A model generated the notes under the pieces. It was not told where the DNA came from. It saw nothing but the letters and a program-made list of their open reading frames with translations, and searched no databases. From Mobula birostris (Eukaryota), in NCBI RefSeq assembly GCF_030028105.1, contig NC_092379.1, forward strand, positions 30,339,715 to 30,403,714: DNA of 64,000 nt, given 5' to 3'. This document shows, in pieces, positions 61,046 to 64,000 of this stretch. The position numbers and the translations under genes are program-made. The stretch's first letter is position 1. Every line of letters begins with the position of its first letter.

Positions 61046-61559
61046 CGATTTCAACCAGATCTTATCGGAGATACAAAGCGGCTGAAGACATAGCGCTGAA
61101 AGGTTCGCCGATTGAGAAAATAAGGCATCTACTCGCGACTGTTTGGTATTTAAAATTGCTGCCCATCTGAGATCGCTAAGACGATAAGCCGGAGCTTTCT
61201 CACGTTCTCCGATTCGAATGCATAACCCACCAATTTGCCGCATTTTCGTGTTTTGAAAAGTGATATCGATTGATAGACAAGAACAAATTGGAAAAAGAGG
61301 TAGGGGAAAGCGGTGGACCGTCGGTGGAGTTGACAGTGCTACAAAATGAACTTGAGGAATTGATTTTTCGATGTTTTAGCGAGATTAGGCGTGAGTGAGA
61401 GAATGCGAAATGTAGCAGACAAATTTATTTTCCCATAGTTTAGTTATTGTTCCTTTTTTCATTCTTTACATTTTCTCAGCATGAACTGTAAGTATGCCAG
61501 GCAGAATACTTGACGCAATACACAAAAAAATGGAGTACTAACTCAGCAGGAAACGCGGC

Positions 61560-62010
61560 ATGTATGGGAATGAGTAAGCATTCGGCGTGTTTGGCCGGAA
61601 TCATTATCGGGACCTTAATATTTGCATATACTCCTTGCCAGATATTGGAAGACTCGGAGTTTCCCAGTATCACTGACGACGACTCATGGAAGAAATTCAT
61701 GCAATTTCAGATTCTTACACACCGTTTTATGGAGCGGAAGCTGGCACTGGATGAACGCTGGATTTTTCGAAAGGCTGAGGGCGTGATAGATTGGGCATAA
61801 AGATGGTGGCTGTACCAGAGTTACCGGAGGCACGAAAGTGGGTGACAAGAAAGATAAAGGACTTAAACAGCCAGTGCTGAGTGCCCTGTGGAAATCTTCC
61901 TCAACAACACATACGCTACTTTGGATAATGTTGGGGGCATGAGGTAGCAGAGAAACATCACAGCGGTGTACACTCAGGCATCGAGTCTGTTTCTGTGAGG
62001 GAGAAGACAT
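61560..62010 (+). mobile_element. CR1 ORF1 5' fragment
   Basis: Related to the CR1 ORF1 upstream region (gagtgccctgtgg..atc..cctcaacaac...tttggata..gttggggg). Confidence 0.55.
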
Positions 62011-62029
62011 ATGAATTGAATCGAATAGA

Positions 62030-63425
62030 ATTGACTTTATCACCTACATCCTTCATTTATATGAGGAGTACATATCTTCACGTTACAGTTCCGTTTAAAT
62101 ATGCAATGTGCAACTTATAATAATTTATAATAAATACGATTTACAGAAGGACAGTCAGAATAACATAGAAATACAATTGTATTGGTATGATTTAATCCGT
62201 CTGATCTCTTGGTGGAGGAAGCTGTTCCGGAGCCTGTTGGTTCTGAATATCATGCTGCAGTCCGGTATCCCGGTTGGAAGCAGCTGGACCATTGTGTGCT
62301 TGGGGTGTCTCGGGTCTTTAATGATCCTTCGGGCCCGTTTTACACACCTCTCTTTGTAAATGTCCTGAATATTGTGCAGGTCGCATCTACAGATGCATTG
62401 TTCACACCACTTTCTGCAGAGTTCAGCGATTGAGGGAAGTACAGTTCCAACACCAGGCAGTGATGAAGCCAGTAAGGATGCTCTCAGTTGTGCTCCCGTA
62501 GAGCGTTCTAGGGATCTGGAGTTCAATACCAAACTTCTTCAACCGTCTGATGTGAAAGAAGCGCTGTTTTGCCTTATTCACTACACAACCGGTATGTACC
62601 AAACAGGTCAGACCCTCAGTGATGTGTATGCCGAAGAACTTGAGGTTTAAAGTTCCATTGATGTCAATAATGTTTAGCCTGACTCCATTCTGCCTGTAGT
62701 CCACAACCAGCTCCTTTGTTGTTGTTGTTGTTTTTTGTTCTGCGACATTGGGAGAGAAGTTGTTTTCTTGATGCAACCGAGTAAGTGTGGTGAATTCTTC
62801 TCTTTAGGGTCCCTCATGTTGTGTCCTCAGCAAAATTAATTAGCGGATTGGAGATCTAGGTAGGGACACAGTAATTGGCAATCAAAGATTAAAGGAGGAG
62901 GCTTCGCGCACAGACCTGAGGCACCTGTGTTCAGGGTCAGAGGAGCAATGGTGAGGGGGTCCTTTCTTACCACCTGCGGCGATCTGACAGAAAGTCCAGG
63001 ATCCAGATACACAAGGCAGGGTGAAGGGCAAGGTCTCTGATCTTCTTGTGGATCCTGGAGGGAATTACAGTTTTGAATGCTGAACTGTAGTCCAAGAAGA
63101 GCATTAATACATAAGCACCCCGCTTCTCTAGATGTGTAAGGACGGAGTATGGGTCTGTGGCTATTGCGTCATCTATTGGACTGTTACGTCGATAGGTGAA
63201 CTGTAGGGCGTCCAGTGTGGGTTGTAACATGCCGCAGATGTAGTCCCTGACCAACCACTCAAAGCATTTGCTTGTCACCGAGGAGAGCCGAGCAGTACGC
63301 CAGTCGTTCGGACATGTTACGTTGGTCTTTTTAGGTACAGGAACAATGACCGAAGTTTTGAAGCAGGAGGACAGTCTACATTGGGAGACGGAAAGATTAA
63401 AAATGTCTGTAAACACATCCGCCAG
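62030..63425 (-). mobile_element. Rex1-like LINE RT fragments
   Basis: FTDIFNLSVSQCRLSSCFKTSVIVPVPKK..VTCPNDWR..LSSVTSKCFEWLV..LQFTYRRN..DYSSAFKT, plus LKFFGIHI, RLKKFG and RARRIIKDPRHP. Confidence 0.88.
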
Positions 63426-64000
63426 TTATGCCGCGCACATCTCGAGTACCCGCAATTAAATTAGAAAGGAAGCAATATCCTACTCTGAATATTTGCTAGT
63501 GTTGGGCGGTAGAGTGTAAGAACAGATAGTAGAATGACAGAAGTTGATAACATTTCAGACAATGTTAGCAATCAAAATTTAGAGAATGATGCGCCGGATG
63601 CCCTTACTTGGAGACTTTACTGGATCCTGGAGACTTTTCAGAACGAACGGGGAAGTACGAAAGATAGGCGGTAGATTCTTCCACGATTTGATGTGCCCTG
63701 TTTTTTTCCCGTCTTCCCTTTTAAGGCCCCGAGTAATTTCATTCCCATGATAAACTTTCTGCAGGAAAATCCTGCTAAATTGTCTCCTTTTCCGATATAG
63801 TTTTCCCATGGTTAATCAACATTGAAAACACTGCTCTAAGTTGCGATGCGTGACGGCGACTGTAATTTTAATGTATAAGTCCGTGTTATTTGGCATCCAA
63901 TAGACACCATGCCCAATGCTAGCATCTGGTGCCAGTCGTATTAGAATGCCCACGATCGGGAGTCAACTATTCTTCTTCATCTCCATCTTCAATTGAATAT

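Overview
Repeat-rich vertebrate genomic DNA, very likely from a cartilaginous fish (a ray/batoid is only a guess from repeat families). The one host-gene system I can support is a complete, apparently open NAR-TCR cassette on the minus strand at 56.6-59.7 kb. In transcription order it contains a leader exon, an IgNAR-like V lacking CDR2 (22-bp-spacer RSS), one D (12/12 RSS), a DGxG-type J (23-RSS, phase-1 donor) and a leaderless TCR-delta-type 'supporting' V (23-RSS). Both V domains carry one extra cysteine. This places the window in the TCR alpha/delta locus (inference). The rest is transposable elements: (1) an 8.1-kb two-LTR endogenous retrovirus (26025-34147) with a 4-bp TSD, a tRNA-Ser-type PBS, defective gag/pol and a near-open gamma-type env, apparently inserted in the LTR of an older degraded retroelement that also holds a Penelope insertion; (2) a Gmr1-type Gypsy element (PR-INT-RT-RH order); (3) a palindromic Tc1 derivative; (4) many CR1, Rex1-like LINE and Penelope fragments. 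There is one N gap (52535-52669). All alignments were done by eye, so repeat boundaries are approximate unless a TSD, TIR or splice site is quoted.
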